DNA of 63,916 nucleotides, counting the filler, from Intoshia linei (Eukaryota > Animalia > Orthonectida), in assembly GCA_001642005.1 (NCBI GenBank). It is 7 parts of 7 records of this genome, joined end to end, with 100 filler letters (N's around TTAATTAATTAA, not from the genome) between each part and the next. Parts side by side here need not be neighbours in the genome. Positions count along the whole stretch, not along the records: positions 13,080 to 39,190 come from LWCA01000479.1; 6 more parts are not named here. One strand, written 5' to 3'. The position numbers were made by a program, and so were the translations under genes. Below, piece by piece: positions 13,080 through 26,000 of this stretch. Position 1 is the first letter of the stretch, and each line of letters begins with the position of its first letter. The notes under the pieces were generated by a model. It was given only the letters and a program-made list of their open reading frames with translations. It made no database searches and was not told the DNA's origin.

Positions 13080-14260
13080 GCTTTTTCTTCAAAATGAATA
13101 AATAAATAATCTATTGTCCATTGACTCTTAAAATATACATTTTTCTTTTGCCTTTTCGCTTTCATATACATGTTGAATGAATTTTCAATATTAAAAAACG
13201 TGAAAAAATAAATAAATAAACGTGAAAAAAACTAATAAAGTTGAAGTTCTCACTGAAATGAAGTTTCAAATATTAATCGATATTTATAAAATTCAGCTAA
13301 AATTAAAAAAGAGCAAAAAAAATGTTAAAAGAGCAAAATCTTGCCCGCGGGCAGCAGTTTCCCCACCTCTGCATTAGGGTATCGTTATCGCACTTTTTAC
13401 GTTTTTTTTTATTAGAAAACCATTTTTTGCATGTGGATGTTTTTTGTGATTTTATCCATTTATCACACACAAAAAAATGAAATCGGTTAATATTTACCCC
13501 CCTCAAATGTAATTATTGCAATTCATACAAAAATGTTAAGATAAATTTAAAATAGAATTTTATTTTATGTATTACTATTTTTCTATGAATAATTATGTTG
13601 GTAATTCCCTTAATGTGTTACCCATGTTTTGTGAACCATTTTGTTTTTTTAAATAAAAATCTACCTCATCTATTTTGGTTTTTACGACATTCAGTTAGTG
13701 TTAATAATAAATTTTATAAATAGTTTTTGGGGTTAATTATGAGGAGTTTAAACATCTTTAAAAAGTCAAAATAAATGAGCTAGAAATGAATTTGGGTACC
13801 GTAGGCGAATTCCCCACTCAGCGAAATTTAAAAAAATAATATTTCCCGGCACAGTTATTAATAAATTTAGCTAAGTTTGTATAACTTTTTTATTTATTTT
13901 AAAAATTTACTTTAATTGACTTATTAATTAGTATAAAAAATTTTTATTTCAAAACAATTAAAAATCAAAAAATGGGTGACACGATTAAGATTATTTACTA
14001 TTTTTTATTATTTCGTGACAATTACTTTTAATTTGTCGTAATACATTTGGAATAAATTGGCAAATATCAAAACAAAATAATAGTTGCTTGGATTGTATCG
14101 AATATAAATATTGGATGATGTATATTACTTACAATTAATACAATTAAACATTTTAACACAAAATTGACTTGTTAACTAGTTTTATATTCATTTTATTGTT
14201 AAATATGAGAATTAACAAAATACATTTATAACAATTCAAAATTGCTTTGTAAAGAAATAA

Positions 14261-17200
14261 ATGACTCATCGTTTGCCAAAATCCATTCGAAAATTAACAA
14301 AAAATGAAACCATTTGTGAATACTGTGGAATCAGTTATCTTATTAAAAGACAAATTGAAGTAAATTATCTAAAATATATATACAAAAAATAAAATGTATA
14401 TATAAAATTTAGAATTTGCAAAGAGAATTAAAAAAAACCCAAAAAAGACTAAGTCAATACAGGACTTTCAAGAAAGATAATGTCCTCTTGTTGAATTGTC
14501 AAACACTCCATTTGGATAATGTTAAAAATTTGACTGAACGGTTTAATATTTATTAATAAGTGTTTAATTTTTGAAAATTAAATCAAAATTAGTTTTAATT
14601 AGCCTAAATTGTGCTTATTTAATTTTTTTAGATTATTAAACTTTGAATCAACTATAGATAGCAATATAAATAAAATGAGCATGAAAATATGCACATCACG
14701 TTCCAAAATTAAAAACAACACAAATAATGTCATGCAATATCAACGTAGATTGTAAGTTAATATTTTTTAAAATATCCAATTAGCATGTAAAATTAAAAAA
14801 CTCTTTGAAAAAATCATTGTTTTTTTAAGTGTTTGAATATAGGTTTATAAATAATGATCTAAGCAGATTTGATGATTCGGATAATTGACAGAAATTGATT
14901 GAAGGGTAAGTACCCAAAATATTTATTAAAGTTGGTCAATAAGGAATTTTAGTTAATGAAAATTTTAGATGATTTAAATTTTAAATCAATTGTATTAAAT
15001 TATAATTTAAATAGAGAAATATCAAAAAATTGTATTCAAGAATATAAGAAAATGTATGATGAATTAAATTTATGTAAAGAAATGACAGATATTAAAGAAT
15101 GGACACAAACGGAATTCAAATCAATCGATACAACTATAAAATCAACATTTCATGGTATTTTTTATTGTATACTAGATTGACTGTTACGTACTTTGTTCAA
15201 AAAATAAATTCAATAAAATCTTACCAAAAATGCTAATATTCACTACAATTACCGTATTACCAATTCTTTGGGAGTGGTTCCAAAATTTGATTAAAATATT
15301 ATGACTGTTTTAATTGGATATAACTGTATAAGCTGTAATGTGTTTTTAAATTCAAAGACCTTTTTCAGTTTTTCAAAAAAGGGTAATATCGGTATTGATC
15401 ATAAAAAAACACTTTTTTGAGGTTGTTATTTATGATAATGCTTATTTATTATATTTTAAAAACTATCCCAGATTTTTTGTTTTATAAACATTTTAAAACA
15501 AAGGGTAATTTGGGTTTTGACCATAAATGTGGCTTTTCTGAGGCTGAGATTTATGACAATGTTAATGATTTTCAAACGCATCCCAGAATTTATGTTTTTT
15601 TCAATTTTTGGTCTGATTTTATTTAAAGCAAAAAAATGGAAAATTGAATTTTTGACTCTGAAGGACTCAAAATCCGAATATGAAACTTAGATATAAACAT
15701 ACTCGTAAAAAAATGTATTAGTCATTGGGTTTCATTAAATTCTACGACTTTTAGTTTTTAAATAAACGGTACTGACAAATAAAATACTTCCCTTAAAACA
15801 TTGTATATGTACAATATTGTAACATAAATGAAAGATAATTGTATACCACGTTGTGCCAATTGTGCACGAGTTCACTAGTTTGACGAAGCGAAGCAAATTG
15901 AAATGTTTATTTATTTTGAATAATCATCGATGTATCCTTAGACCAGTGGTTTTCAACCAGGGGGTCGCGAAATTTATCATGGGGGTCGTGAAAATTTGAA
16001 CACAAAATAAAATATAAATAAAACTAAATATGCTTTTTTAATATTTTTATGTTAAGGGGTCGCGAACACAAAAAGGTTGAAAACCACTGCCTTAGACGGT
16101 ACACAAGGTTGTGGTGAGGGCGGCTAGGGACAATACGATTCTATTGTAAATTAATAACTAATGTTAGAAAATTTCGTCAAAATTATCTTATATAAAAATT
16201 TTCTATTGATCATACCAAGCAGTGATATATAAATAACCCGATCGGGCACTCAATATTATGCAATATTTTATTGATAAGGACTACAGTTTCGTCTGGCTCA
16301 TGTACAATGTACATTGTACACTGCTGGTTCTTTACTCTCCTTGTATTTTATTGTTTGAAAATACATTATCCATTATAAATATCTTTTCATTCATGAACCT
16401 ATTTAGATATTTATCAAAAATTTAATTACAACTTAAAATGTATAAAGGAAGAACACAAACAAAATACAATAGAAAATGAATTAAAATACCAAGATTATGT
16501 AAAAATTCATAAATTTGAAACAATCAATAATCAGTCATTAATAAATAAATTGTCAATGTCAATTCAAAATAATGAAATTTGCCATGAAAAAAGTAAATCT
16601 ATTTACATAATAGTTAGTAAAATTAAATTAATACATCAATGTAACTATAAACTATATACAACAATATTACAAAGAAACTGTCTTAACCGAGGTATTCCTG
16701 TACATTATATCCAATAATATTCATTACTTTATCGGGCGATAAGGTTCATCGGTTTGTACCTAATACTGGATCGCCATTTCTTAACTTTAACTGGAATGGA
16801 GTTACATTAAAGTTTCGGGCAGTTAAGGAATATGAAAATATAATACTAATTATGAAAATGTAAAAATATAACGCATAAGATAATAAACACATTGGATGTC
16901 ATAAAATTTTTAGATTAATTTTAATTTTTTAATTAATTTTAGATATCAATGACACCAAAAATGAATTCAATCTTAAAATAAAATCATTGAATGCCGACTA
17001 CAAGTAAGCATATTATATTAATGTGATTTTAAAACTGTATATTTAGTATTTTGATGAAAAACACTGCAACAGAAAAAAATAAATTTGAAGAAAAAGAATC
17101 AAATCTAAAACGCCATAATGAACGGTAAATATATACAATATATGCATTAGTCAATAATTTAATATAATTACTTTGTAAATATACCCTGGAGCTCGTGAAA

Positions 17201-20200
17201 TTTATTTAATTTAATTTGAATAAAATTGCGCCAATATACAACAGGTAATAATTAATGTATAATTAAATAATTATATAATATAATAATAATATTAATAATA
17301 ATAAATTAATATAATAATTAATTAAATGTATTCATCTTATTATTTTGGCGGAATTTTTGCTACAGTCAATTTCTTATCTATTATCTTGTTTCATTTAATT
17401 TTAAAATTTTATTTTTATTATGTATTGGTTAATTAACGTAATTTTTTCATTGCATATAGTTAAAATAACATATTATATAATATTAACACTATATATACTA
17501 TTAGTATTAACTTATATATAGTCACTGACGGTGTCATATTTTTATTTACAAAATGGTTATTAAATTGTTACCATCTGAGTAAATCCAAGAAGTGATCGGT
17601 AGAGTTGTTACAGTACTGTGTATAATACATGTAATAATAATGTATATCTCAAATTGGTCCAAAGTGTGCCCACGGAACGAATTTTTACAATCCACCGAAT
17701 AAATGTATCAAAATTATAAAAAATTATATTTATGGAATTTTTACACATTTTAAAGAAATACTTGTGAACTTTAAATCTCTTTTTTAGTGTCTAATTCAGG
17801 AGTGCACAAGCTGCGACCGTACGGTCGTGAGCAGAGCCGTCTTAAGCCACTTCGGACACTGGGCTAAGCAAAGACCGGGCCCTTTACAATTTTTAACGAA
17901 GCGATAAAAAAAATTAGGAACCCTGTTTAGAAGACAAAGCATACTGTTGGTTGGATACTTAGAGTCTTATTTCATTGAGTATTAATAAAAACATTAAAAG
18001 ATATTATGTAAGTTTCTAATAACTTTTATTTCTTTTACAAAAACCTACTTACATTAATTAATTATCCTGGTCCTGGGCTACAGCCCATATTGCTTATGCC
18101 TTAAAACAGCTCTGGTTGTAAGAGCGTTTGTGCGCGGCCGTGGGAAATCAATGTGATCATAATAAAATCACTTCAAATTGAAAAATTTAAATCAGATTTT
18201 ATTCAAGGGCAATTTAAAATATTTAAATCAAAATTGACTTTGCCCCAGTTTCTCTAAAAAATAAAACTTGCTGATACATGTAGTAAAATTTAAAGAAAAT
18301 TATTTTATTATACCTAAACTTTAAGTCTAAAGTAAAGATTTAAAGTAGGTAGTAAGAATACTGATTATTATTATTTATGTGTGTAGTTAAACCATGTTAA
18401 ATTGTTGTCATTGTTAAGACGCGAAATATTTCGAATCTTTATAACTTTATAAATTTCACAATGGGCAACTTTTTAAAATGACTTAATTTAAATTTTGTAG
18501 TTTCTCTAATGTGCAATGAAATATCCCATTTTACGTCAAATTGAAAAAGTTTAAATCAGATTTTATTCAAAGCAAATTAAAATATTTTTATCAAAAAGTT
18601 ACATTTTTGACTGGCCACTTTCTCAAAATGAATTTATACTCTCTCAATGTCAAAGTAAATTTTGTTCGGCCGTAGGATCAATGAGTAAAATAGCTTTTCG
18701 GCTGAATTGGTGGAAAGGTTGTAAATCCCTAGTCTAATTGAATCGATCCAATGTTATTAAAGGGGTTAGTTTAACAATAATGTCATGATAATAATCCAAA
18801 TTACCATCATTTTAAAAATATTTTAAGTTAATACCTATACCAGGAATTCCCACATTTTTTTCACGACGGACTGGTAACGAATGACAAAATGTAGCGCGGA
18901 CCACTAAAGCGGTATTGCTAGGCAAATTTAAAAAAATTTTGATGAAAAAAGTAATAAATTGACTTCTAAGTAAATTAATTTTTTCAAAATTATTTCACAA
19001 ACGGGTAAAATTTTTTCATTGACCGGCATTTGGGAAACGCTGACCTATACTAATACCTTTAGTGCAAAAAAATTAAAAAAACAATTTTATAAAGTATGAA
19101 TTTGAACCGTTTTAAATTAAAAAATACATAACAAGAATCTTTATGTATCATTCTTCTTTTAATATCATTTATCATTCCAGAACAACTTTTAAAATAACGT
19201 TAGAAAAAAATATTGCAAATACGGTTTCCAAAATTTCCAAATTAAATTGTTGTCCTCACCCGAATTTAGTTGGATCAGCTTGATGTATCTAGTCGACTAT
19301 ATTTTATATTAGCCTCGAAAATGAACTAAAATTTTTAAAATCAAACAACGAAAATGAAAAATCTAAAAACAAAAAAGAATATGATGAATTGAAAAAAACT
19401 ATAGATAATTATAGTTATAAAAATGATGAATTACAAGGTTTATATACATTTAATTTTACCCTATTAAAATACTCAAAAAATAATTTTGAATCAATATATG
19501 CATAACGTAATACATTTTTTAGAAAATTGCAGTTATTATCAAAAATTATTAAGCAGAAAAGATGAACAAATGAATATCAAGTATATTTTATGTACTACAG
19601 TAGAAACTTGAAAAATAGACAAATTTTAAATATCGGAACAAAAAATCATATAACTAATGTTTATTACATTAATGTTATTGAAATTACATGTACATTGTAC
19701 ATCAAAACTAATGATCGGGTGGGCTCCAACATTTCATGGGTTGAATGTACAAGTTTTTTTTACTGTGCAAACTTGGACAATAATTTATTTTGGTGAAAAA
19801 AAAATTTAGAATTTTTAAATTGAAAGAAAAGGAGAGAAATTTGCATAATGTAAATTATATCAATAAAAAATTATCTACTCAATTAAAACAATTAAAAGAT
19901 GAAATATCAAATTGTAAAACTCTTTTCAATACAGAATACGGAAAATTACAAAATTCTATTCATTCCAGTGTAATTATTACTTATTTCATGTATAGTTCAC
20001 AGTACTCTGCAGCTTGATTAACCGATATTATCGATTTAAAAACTTTTAATCAAGATCACTTACTATTTTTTATTAAATTTTACCGCTGGATAGGACATTA
20101 AAAAAATAGACATTATTTGACTCCTGATTTTCTGGGATAAATTTAAAATTTCATGGAATCTATCAAGTTTTGTATGACATAATGGATAATATTAAATTTA

Positions 20201-20705
20201 GATTAAATTAAGTTTTGAAAATTTGAAACAAGAATACCAAAAAAACTTAAAAAACGCAGGTCGAGATAAATTTAAAATGGAACAACAATATACCTTATCA
20301 CAACAAAAAATAGTAGATAAAGGTAACATTTAAATGATTTTTTCATCAAACTTGATTAAATTTTAAAAATTAGCATAATAATATAAAAATAAATATGTAC
20401 AAATAATAAATTAAATTATTTAATTAGACAAAGAATTGTACATTTTAAACGAAAAAAATGGAATATTAAAGAACGAAAAAGAAATCAACCTGGTAAAATA
20501 TAAAACATTGGTTGATATTATAGATAAAGATAAAATGGAAATTAATAGATTAAAACTAAGGGTATATTTACGCAAGACATTTGAAATAAGTTTTTAGAAC
20601 ACGGTATTGGAAAACATTGTTCAAGATGAATGCAATGAAAGAGTTCAACTCATCAATAAATACAAAAAATTGCAAGAATTGGTTGGATTTAATCAATTTA
20701 ACTAA
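14261..20705 (+). CDS. LEKR1: LEKR1-like coiled-coil protein (multi-exon, TE-expanded introns)
   Basis: Exon 1 MTHRLPKSIRKLTKNETICEYCGISYLI matches the LEKR1 N-terminal H-x-LP..CxYCG(V/I)SYLI motif. Last exon NTVLENIVQDECNERVQL matches LEKR1 LQETVRRECEERFEL. K/E-rich exons in between; internal exon boundaries only approximate. Confidence 0.8.
15944..16089. mobile_element. Buster/Charlie-type hAT MITE
   Basis: TIR CAGTGGTTTTCAACC/GGTTGAAAACCACTG; perfect 8-bp TSD ccttagac. Confidence 0.92.
17797..18731. mobile_element. Buster/Charlie-type hAT MITE containing a nested MITE
   Basis: Imperfect TIR caggagtgcacaagct / aggttgtaaatcccta; perfect TSD gtctaatt. Confidence 0.8.
17832..18114. mobile_element. 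hAT MITE nested in 17797-18731
   Basis: TIR CAGAGCCGTCTTAAG / CTTAAAACAGCTCTG; TSD gtcgtgag/gttgtaag (6 of 8). Confidence 0.8.
18841..19042. mobile_element. Buster/Charlie-type hAT MITE (related reverse copy at about 32447-32615)
   Basis: TIR caggaattccca / tgggaaacgctg; perfect TSD acctatac. Confidence 0.85.
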
Positions 20706-20935
20706 ATTTCAGTTTTTAAAAATTGTTTATAAATACATTTATGTATTAAAAAAATATTTGAAACGGATGATTTTAGTGTTTACAATAGGGTCGTCAAAGT
20801 TTTTCCAGTTTTCGAACCTTTGACCACTGAAATGATATAAATACCGCGATTTACCCTTTTTACGTGCATTAAAAAATGAGAAAGTAATATTTAATATTGA
20901 TTGAAAAATTAAAGACAAATATAATTAAAATATAT

Positions 20936-22780
20936 TTAAGGGTTAGTATCACTAAACCTTAAACGAGCACATGTATAGCTACCAACTGTATTTAAGCAGA
21001 ATGGGCAATTTTCAACTATTATGGGATCTTGGCATTCGTCTAAATCTATTAATTGTGTAGAATTAGAAACAATTATCAAATTTAAAAAAATAAAACCTTC
21101 ACATGTTCGTCCGTCCTTTGTTAGCGAATATCCTGCTCTACATATACAATGGTATGATCCTATTAAAAATAAAAATTATTATATTCATAACAAATAAACC
21201 TGAAGTATTGACACAAATATGAGAACATCGACCTTGACCTTCACTCAAGCATTCATTTTCGTCTAATTGAGTTTAATATTAGAAATTAAAATTCATCTGT
21301 TCTTATACTGTGAAACATACGGGTTCTATTTAACTCAACCATTTGGCGGTCTAAGCTGAATAGTTTTATGAATTCTATAAATCAGAAAATGTAAATTCAT
21401 TATTCGAGAAACACTAAAATTAATCTTATATAATACAATGTATACATTAATTCTAACATTTCCATGTATAAAAAGTTATAGGGTTATAAATGTATTCCAT
21501 ATTGCCTATTTTTGGAATCACTAGAATAGTTTCTCGTAAATTACACTGTAATATATTATTTTGATATATGTGAATATATCAAAATAAAAAATTAATACCT
21601 TGACATGTAATACCGTCATTGTTTAACAAAAACCCATTATTACATTCACACCACATATTATCATCACTTTCCATGCATTTTTGTTCACAATTAAGTACAT
21701 TTAAAAGACACGGCACTCCAATTGGACCACTGTTTGACGGACCAGGGGGTCCCATTGGTCCTGTTGGGCCAATAATTTTTGGCAACTCTAAATTATATAT
21801 TCACAATTGCAAACCAGGTGTTAATTAGACCAACGGTGGTTTTTTAGTGGTAAAAAAAAATTTTGAAAATATTTGCAATTAAGGAATTTATGGGAAATAT
21901 ATATTTTTTCCATTTTACCATGAAAACTTTTCTCTGAACCACAATTAAAAAAATAATGCTCTTGTAAAAGCTGGAATATTAATAATTATAGTTTATCGAT
22001 ATAAGATTACGTGAAGTCAGTTCAACGCTTATGCTCCACAATGCAGGATAACTATAATTAAGAAAATCATTAACATCGCCAATACTAGGCGTTTCCGTTT
22101 CATCACTCATTTGTCTAATCAAAACTTTCCCACTTTCTACATAATCATGGGATATTCCCAAGTTCTTGGTAGTCCAACCAAAATGATAAGTTCCGTCAAG
22201 AGGAATATGATAATCAAAATCACTAAACTAAAAAATAAAATATCAATAAATAAACATACAGATTGAAGATTTATATTGTCTTGCAAAACTAAAAAATAAA
22301 ATGAAAAATCTCTTGATTATTAAATTACCAATCCTTTTGTTATATACTAATTGATATTGACGAAATTCCAAAAATTGTTTATAAACTTGAACATATAAAG
22401 TTTTTTCGCCAGTATAAAATTCACCAACATATACTTTAATCAAATTCAATTTATACCCTGCATATAATGTATAACCAATGTCAATATATGTCGCCCATGT
22501 GGGAATATTGAAACTAGTAGATTTCTTTCTCTGAATCGCCTCGTTACCAACGATGCTAACCATTACATCGCCTCGTATAATTATATCTAAATTGAAAAAT
22601 ATACAATTTCAGTTGTAAGACAATTCCCACGTTATAATGTCTCCATTAATATTACTATTCCAACGTTTATTATCCGTTGGGTGAGAACTGTTAGTTAAAT
22701 TTTAAATAATTACCATTAGTAGCTACACCCCTAATGTCAACAGTATAAATTATTACCAAAAATATAATCACAAGTTTCAT
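20936..22780 (-). CDS. Secreted protein: signal peptide, uncharacterised domain of about 150 aa, short Gly-X-Y stretch and EGF/cbEGF repeats
   Basis: MKLVIIFLVIIYTVDIRG signal peptide; GPTGPMGPPGP; CEQKC..CECNNGFLL..GITC; DENECLSEGQGRCSHICVNTSGSYHCICRAGYSL..GRTCE; DLDECQ..CLNTVGSYTC; GT-AG introns. Confidence 0.85.
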
Positions 22781-23060
22781 TTTTATTATTTAAGTTTTCT
22801 TTACTGTTTCTTGTTTTGTTGCTACTACATTACATATATTACATTCCTGCATTTCTCATGCATAAAAATCATTTTTACCTGTCTCGAAAAACAAGTAGGT
22901 CAATTATTAACGAAACAATCGATATTTTTTTTTAATTTTCACAGTGTCACAATTGTTCCAGTTTTGTTTGACTTTGAATTTTTATTCATTTTATTTTATG
23001 TTATACGATATTAAATAACAATAACAATGTAAAAGTTTAATTAAATTTTAATACAAACAA

Positions 23061-26000
23061 TCAGAAATTGGGACATTCTTTACCGATTATGACCATCTAT
23101 TTATATTTTAATTTAAAAATAAAATAAACTGTTAATCAAAGAATTACTAATTATATCAATACTATTTTAATAATTTGATTCACAGTAAAATTTGTAATTA
23201 TAAATGAAATACCCCATCTATATTGCAAATAGAATTGGCGAATTGCATGGCATATGAGGCTCCACAAAATTTGCATTCTACTTGATCAGATCCACTAAAA
23301 TAATTTTAGTTCATAAATAAATTAATAATCCGTTTAATATCTATCAAATTATTTGTTAGTGTAAAATTTAAACAATAATGTAAATTGTTTAAATTAAATT
23401 GTAATACACATATCAATACTGATTTTCGTTAATCATAAACTTTACGTGGAAAAACGAGTTAATAATTTAAATATTTTGCAGTTTCACGGGTTCATTGTAT
23501 AGCTTTTTTATACCATTTACGAGTCTCCGATTTACATGACAGGTATTTGAACGATAATGGTTGAGCGGTCTTTTTACATTCAAGATGGTAATTTGTGGTT
23601 ATGTTACAGTTAACTATACAGTAGTTAAATAATCATATAGTCAACGTTAAAACCTCTTGATTAAATTGGTTAATCTGCATTTACTAATTTTACTGTGTTG
23701 CAGATGTAACGATGTTTGCTATGTAATATTAACTTTAATGATAAATATCACTGAAAATAATATTCAAAATTCAATATACAATATACAATAACGCCCGTGA
23801 AACATCACCACACAGTTTTGGAATACCTGATGTAAACAAAGTTGTATAAATAAAATACCTGTATAAGGGCACAAATAATTTCGAACAAATTTTAAATGGA
23901 TTTAAGGAATCGTAGTCATATAGTATGGCTTCAGAATTGTTTTTTTGTGAAATGTTTAATATTTTGTTAGCCTAAAACAAATAATTATGCATACATGAAT
24001 ATGTTTTTCAAGTATTGTGAGTACTGTTAAAAAATTTAAACTATTGGAATGACACTTTAATTATTAAAAGGCGGTGGAGACAGTGTCGGATCTAGGATTG
24101 TCAACCAGAAGAGGGAAAAATAATTATTAGGGCTAAACTCATATAATGTATTTAAATTTGAATTTTTATATTTCTTTATATATAATAACTTGTATTTTTT
24201 TCTAGTTTTCATTCTACTAAATTTTTCAACAACTGCATCAAAATCGACATTTTTGGCAAGCCCTCTATCGATTATCAACAACATTAAGTTCGACAATTTA
24301 ACTTAAACTCCGATAACAAATTAATATACATAAAACTGAAACAACGATAACAAACATAATTCAATACACGCAATTTGATAGGTCTTAGAAAATTTTTCAC
24401 GCCAAGGGCGGTCGCCCCTGCACCCATCTAGATTCGCTACTGGGCAACAGTATGCCGGTTCAAATAAAAATTTGTGTATCTCTATTTAAAAATAACAAAA
24501 TCATCACTGCATTTCTTAATAAAATATAATTATGGGGCTATAAATGTTAAAAAAATTTTTAATTAGTATATTTTATAATCTCGACAGGGTCATTTATTAG
24601 TATAATCATTGATCAATAAATAATTTTAGTATTCGTAATTTTGTCATAAATAAGTTTCCTTTATTTTCTGACTATTGATACATGCATATGACCCTATCTC
24701 TAACGGAAAAAACCATAGTTCTGTCTCAGTGCTAGTCAACTTTTTATAAGAATCTAAATACATTCAAATTATTGAACCTTTTTTGTAACACCTATTTCTA
24801 AATCACTAAATAAACAAATAAAAATTAGTACTACCCTAATACTCATTACCTAATAATGTTAATTTTTTAATGCTAACAGTGCAAAAAAACTGAACAAATA
24901 TTACTTTCTCAGCCGATTCAGTGTTAGGTCCCATGGAGAGATATCTTTGAGCAAACTCTGCTGCACTTTTGAAATTTTCACATTTATAACTATTATTCAT
25001 GGCGACTTTCAAAGAAAGCAACATGTGAGGTGTATCAAATTGGCAATGAGTAGATAAGGCCGCCAACTAAAAATTAATCAGTTTATTTTACGTTTTTAAT
25101 ATAAAATTTTTACTTGAAGACATTTTTCTTTGTCTTGATCATTTTTGGACAAATTACGGCGTTCCAGTTCAATAGACAACCCTAAAATATACTCCCGGCA
25201 TTTGAAAGCAATTTCTTTCAGCTATAAATGTATACATAAAAGTACTTAAATAGTTACATATCTATAATCAACTTTAGTGTTCAATGGAATAAGTGGGATA
25301 AGTCTTAAAATGGATCTAAAATTGTCAATCGCTTCATAAAACTTTTTAAAGTTTAAAGCAGATTTCAATTTTTCTTGTAAATCTTCTTTAGTGTAAAACG
25401 GAATTGGTAAAAAAATTTTTAAATTGCTGTCACATCTAAATAATAAATCAATTCAAAACCAAGAATATATTACCTATTTCGATATGAATAAACAGGTATG
25501 ACCTTAGAATTAATAGAGGGTTTAAAATTTAAAGACGACTTGGTAAATATATCATTAAAGATTTCATCATAAACAGAAACGTTTTGAATAGCATATTGTT
25601 TTCTAAGTAATTCAATGGCAGTCAAAATGGAACCGATCGCAATATGATCAGACACATTTTTAGAAGTCAGCACATCTCTAGTTTGAGCTATTCCGGTTTG
25701 TGGCATAATAAACTGTGGAGTATTTTGATTTTTAATATCATAATTGTTAATTTCAATGTCCTCTTCCTCCCAGCCTTCATCCTCGTCACCGTTTTTACTG
25801 GATTCGTCATTTTGAAAAGAACTGTTAGATCTTGGAGTAGCAAATCCATCATTATCAGAATCATTAGAATCAGTTTCCCAGGAAGCTTCAGCAACATTAT
25901 CAGCTATTCCATTCGTTTCAACTACAGAAGTCTGAGCAGTTACAATATCAAACAAATTGCGTTCAATGTTCAACTTTGGCCAATTTTCAGCGGATTCGTT

